Below, in pieces: positions 60,985 through 64,000 of a stretch of 64,000 nt of DNA; position 1 is the first letter of the stretch, and every line of letters begins with the position of its first letter. Under the pieces are notes generated by a model, which was given only the letters and a program-made list of their open reading frames with translations, was not told the DNA's origin and ran no database searches. The DNA is taken from assembly GCA_002070605.1 (NCBI GenBank), contig MWDO01000001.1:24886-88885 (forward strand), in the 5' to 3' direction. A program made the position numbers and the translations under genes. The DNA is from Spirochaetes bacterium ADurb.Bin133 (lineage in GTDB: Bacteria > Spirochaetota > GWE2-31-10 > MWDO01).

Positions 60985-61045
60985 TTACCGACTAAGCGTC
61001 GTTTAACGTTTTATTGCGTTTGACGAAATAGGCTTCGATTATAGT

Positions 61046-61873
61046 TTAAATTTCTATAACGTCTTCTTCGCGCGCGCCGGATAGGGTCGTTAATCTTCCG
61101 GAGCGGGATATTTTTTCTGCAATGATATTTTCAAAATCGTCAATTTGATCGTCCGTTCTCTCCGGGTCGTGATGCGTAAAAAAGCCCGTTTGAATTTGCG
61201 ATTCTATTAATAAATCGCAAACGTCTTGTATAGAGGAGTGTCCCCAGCCTTTTTTATTTTTCATTTCAGCGTCTAAATATTGAGCGTCGTGAGCCAAAAT
61301 TGTTGAATTTGAGCAAAATTTTACAAAATTATCGTAGGTTTTTCTCTCTTTCATAATGCTTATCTCATTATCGGTTGAAAACGTGAATATTTTGTTTTTA
61401 TTAACAATTTTGATGGCGGAAGATCCGCCCGGATGAGCGTTTTCAAAAACTTCAACATATAGATTTGAGTCGATCTCGTATTTTTCTTCTATTTTAATAA
61501 ATTTAATATCGCAAGGAAGACTGTCAAACTGAATCGGAAAACTTTTGCCCGACATCTGTTTAAGCAGATCGGATTTTATTCCGTCGTAATAGCGGGCGTT
61601 TAGTAATATTTCGATTCTAGCGTCGGGGTTGAAAATTTGATTGAAAAAAGGCAAGCCTTGCAGATGATCCCAATGAGAGTGGGAAAAGAAAAGCAATATT
61701 TTGTCGTTAAATTGGGTTCGATTTATTTTTCTTATTCCGGTGCCGGCGTCGATTATAATCCTTTGTCCTTCGTCGGATACAAATTCGACGCAACTGGTAT
61801 TGCCGCCGTATTTGATAGTATCTATCCCGGGAGCGGGTATCGAACCTCTTGAGCCGTGAAATTTTATCTGCAT
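61046..61873 (-). CDS. MBL-fold metallo-hydrolase
   Basis: HSHWDHLQGLP (HxHxDH) motif. Confidence 0.75.
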   Translation of the reverse strand: MQIKFHGSRGSIPAPGIDTIKYGGNTSCVEFVSDEGQRIIIDAGTGIRKINRTQFNDKILLFFSHSHWDHLQGLPFFNQIFNPDARIEILLNARYYDGIKSDLLKQMSGKSFPIQFDSLPCDIKFIKIEEKYEIDSNLYVEVFENAHPGGSSAIKIVNKNKIFTFSTDNEISIMKERKTYDNFVKFCSNSTILAHDAQYLDAEMKNKKGWGHSSIQDVCDLLIESQIQTGFFTHHDPERTDDQIDDFENIIAEKISRSGRLTTLSGAREEDVIEI

Positions 61874-61901
61874 AAAAATATTCCCAAAATGTTAAAAATG
61901 G

Positions 61902-63134
61902 TTATTTTTTAAAAACCCCTTTTATGTATAAATCGTTCCTTTTGCTAAGATCGATTATTTCCCCTTCCGTCGCGCCGCTTGAATTTAAGATAATCGTTCT
62001 AACGATAGGTCTCATCGCTACTCCGGAGGTGCCTATGACCTTAGCCGGAATACCGTTTGACAGTCGGATCAGACTGCCAACCGGGTAAAAAGAAATATTT
62101 TTAACAAGCTCTCTCAATATGGCCGGGTCGTAAGCGGTGCCTCCGCTTTTTAATAGATCCTGCACGGCGTCTTTTGCGTGTAAAGGATCCTTAAAAGGTT
62201 TATCGGCGATTGCGGAGCAATAAGCGTCGACTACCGCTATAATTTTGGCTATTTCGGTGATCTTATCCGCCGAGACTCTGTTAGGATATCCTTTGCCGTC
62301 GACCCTTTCATGATGCTGAAGCGATCCGGACGCTATTATAACGGAATAATTTATCTCTTTTAAATACTTAAATCCGATTATTGTGTGATTTTGAACGACC
62401 GTTAACTCTTCTTTTGTTAAGGGACCGGTTTTTTGCAATATTGGCTTAGGAATTTTTATCATACCGAGATCGTGAAATAAGGTCGCTATCGCTAGATTTG
62501 AAACGGCGTAGTCGACTAAATTCATTGATTCGGCTAAAATAAAAGATAAAATTGTGGTTTCTATTGTTTTTGTGTAAATATAGGATATTCCTTCAATAGG
62601 TCTGCCGAACATCATAAGCGCGTCGTTTTTGTTAAAGGATATAGTCTGCTTAATCTCTTTTAAAAGTCCCAAAACTTTTTCTTTATCGAGAGTTTTTTTT
62701 GAGACTATATCGTTAAAAAAATTTACCGTCATCAAAATCCATTTTTTGTAAGCGTCTTTAAACGGTTCGTTAACGTTTGTTACAATCGATTCGCTTTTAG
62801 CGGAGGATTTTACTTCCGGATTTGAAGAATTAATTTTGCTTTTCTCGCCGGCTTTATTAACGTTCTCAGGAGCTTTTTCCGGACTTTCGTTTTCGTCGTT
62901 ATCAAACAAATCCTCAAGAAGTTTATTTGCCCCTTCCTTAGGAATTTCATCTTTTTCAGCTTTAAGGAGATTGCCGTTTGTGAATACGTTTTCTACGTTC
63001 CAATTTTTCAAAATATTAATGTGGGATTCGGAAACCGGCAGATTTTTCGGATAAAAAAACAAATTTTCGAAAATGAATATATCTTCCGTCGAATAAGAGC
63101 CGGAATTTAAATTTGTAATCGAAACGGCGTTCAT
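61902..63134 (-). CDS. HD-GYP domain protein (putative c-di-GMP phosphodiesterase)
   Basis: HD and HHERVDGKGYP motifs in the C-terminal half. Confidence 0.8.
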   Translation of the reverse strand: MNAVSITNLNSGSYSTEDIFIFENLFFYPKNLPVSESHINILKNWNVENVFTNGNLLKAEKDEIPKEGANKLLEDLFDNDENESPEKAPENVNKAGEKSKINSSNPEVKSSAKSESIVTNVNEPFKDAYKKWILMTVNFFNDIVSKKTLDKEKVLGLLKEIKQTISFNKNDALMMFGRPIEGISYIYTKTIETTILSFILAESMNLVDYAVSNLAIATLFHDLGMIKIPKPILQKTGPLTKEELTVVQNHTIIGFKYLKEINYSVIIASGSLQHHERVDGKGYPNRVSADKITEIAKIIAVVDAYCSAIADKPFKDPLHAKDAVQDLLKSGGTAYDPAILRELVKNISFYPVGSLIRLSNGIPAKVIGTSGVAMRPIVRTIILNSSGATEGEIIDLSKRNDLYIKGVFKK

Positions 63135-63522
63135 AAGCTCTCCTCCATTCCTCTATCGATAACTTCGGAAATTATATTTAATAAATTTAAAATTTAACTA
63201 TAAATATAATACAATTTAGTAAAAAAAGGAAAATATTAAGTAAATAAAATTTTAAAAATGGATATTATTGAAATTTTTTACTAAAAAAATATACTATAAA
63301 GAGAAGTATATTGAAGATATTTAAAGATATTACGAGATAATGGTCTTTAAAACAAAAATATGGTTATAATAAATATATATAAATATCTTTATCCAAAATA
63401 ATACCCTAAATCAAAAAATATATAAAAAATATTATTTTTTTTTTCAATATTTTGTTGACATTTTTATAAATAGAGGTATAATGAACTATATAGTTTATTA
63501 AAAATAGTAAGGAGAATAGGAT

Positions 63523-63657
63523 ATGAAGAAAATTAAGAATCTTCTTATAGTATTGCCGGTGGTAATTGTTATCGCTATCATGAGCTTAGTCGCTTGTCCA
63601 GTTGACCCTGTAGATACTACTTATAATAGTAATGTTAATATTGAGACTGTAGCTTAA
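63523..63657 (+). CDS. Small putative lipoprotein (44 aa), not in the ORF track
   Basis: Strong RBS (aaggagaatagg). MKKIKNLLIVLPVVIVIAIMSLVAC... It is followed by a perfect terminator. Confidence 0.5.
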   Translation: MKKIKNLLIVLPVVIVIAIMSLVACPVDPVDTTYNSNVNIETVA

Positions 63658-63678
63658 TTATCCGGTAATAGGAAAAAT

Positions 63679-63708
63679 AACACCTTGTCAGTCAAGGTGT
63701 TTTTTTTT
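63679..63708 (+). terminator. Rho-independent terminator
   Basis: aacaccttg-tcagtc-aaggtgtt followed by ttttttttt. Confidence 0.8.
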
Positions 63709-63720
63709 AAACAAAATTTA

Positions 63721-64000
63721 ATGCAAAATATCAAGTTAAATAAATTCTTAAAGTATTTTATTCCTTCGACTGTTTTTGTAATAGTAAACGTTATTAATAT
63801 ATCTATTTTGAATTTTTCTTTCAACAAAATAACCGTTAAAACAGAGTCCGGACCGCTGGAATATTTTGATAAAGACGGCAGTTTTTATTTCGAAGAAGGC
63901 AAATTAGTAATCGATTGCGCTTGCGAATTACAAAATTTCAGCAATGATAAAAAAAGTGTCTCCGGAATAGAAGATCTGTTTTTTTTAGAAAATTCTGATA
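63721..64000 (+). CDS. Hypothetical membrane-anchored protein, 5' part (runs off the window end)
   Basis: My own translation from the ATG at 63721 is open to the window end. There is an N-terminal hydrophobic segment. Confidence 0.35.
   Translation, partial: MQNIKLNKFLKYFIPSTVFVIVNVINISILNFSFNKITVKTESGPLEYFDKDGSFYFEEGKLVIDCACELQNFSNDKKSVSGIEDLFFLENSD

Overview
This 64-kb window is from an AT-rich, lipoprotein-rich bacterium that is probably spirochete-like. The evidence is a 552-aa PPi-dependent phosphofructokinase, an OadGAB sodium pump and short-loop lipoboxes, but I cannot confirm the taxon. The backbone is ordinary housekeeping:
- glgP, a GH13 pullulanase, an RluA pseudouridine synthase and pfp;
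- recO, tatD, an M23 peptidase plus bactofilin pair and thrH;
- birA followed by oadG-oadA-oadB, then lepA, tRNA-Pro(CGG) and carB, an MBL hydrolase and an HD-GYP protein.

At least four accessory segments are interleaved with it:
- Positions 1-9,700: a minus-strand glycan biosynthesis locus with a pyruvyl transferase, GT2 and GT4 glycosyltransferases, a DUF362 protein, a CapK-like ligase and a GtrB-like GT2. Its SAM methyltransferase is split exactly at a (TCTG)4 tetranucleotide tract, which makes it a candidate phase-variable gene.
- Positions 30,470-39,420: two repeat-bounded toxin-antitoxin islets (HEPN/MNT, an orphan HicB-like gene, MNT plus a HEPN remnant, and RelE/ParE with an unannotated antitoxin). 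They flank two large repeat-rich surface lipoproteins, one with 12 beta-propeller repeats and one with Ig-like/CHB_HEX_C repeats.
- A previously undescribed MITE-like repeat family with terminal inverted repeats CCCGYCGRTTTTTTGG and internal CATATG-centred palindromic modules. It is seeded at nine or more loci, with copies at 8,651, 21,775, 30,487, 31,458, 31,866, 32,226, 37,865, 38,556 and 39,205.
- Positions 45,300-53,330: a mosaic array of a two-gene lipoprotein plus OMP-like cassette. There are two full paralogous copies with conserved 5' and 3' ends and divergent middles, plus three silent gene fragments. A low-GC type II R-M system is inserted between fragments. I regard this as a candidate recombinational surface-variation locus.
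- A C11 peptidase gene is interrupted by a single in-frame TGA.

No CRISPR array, rRNA, transposase or integrase was seen.
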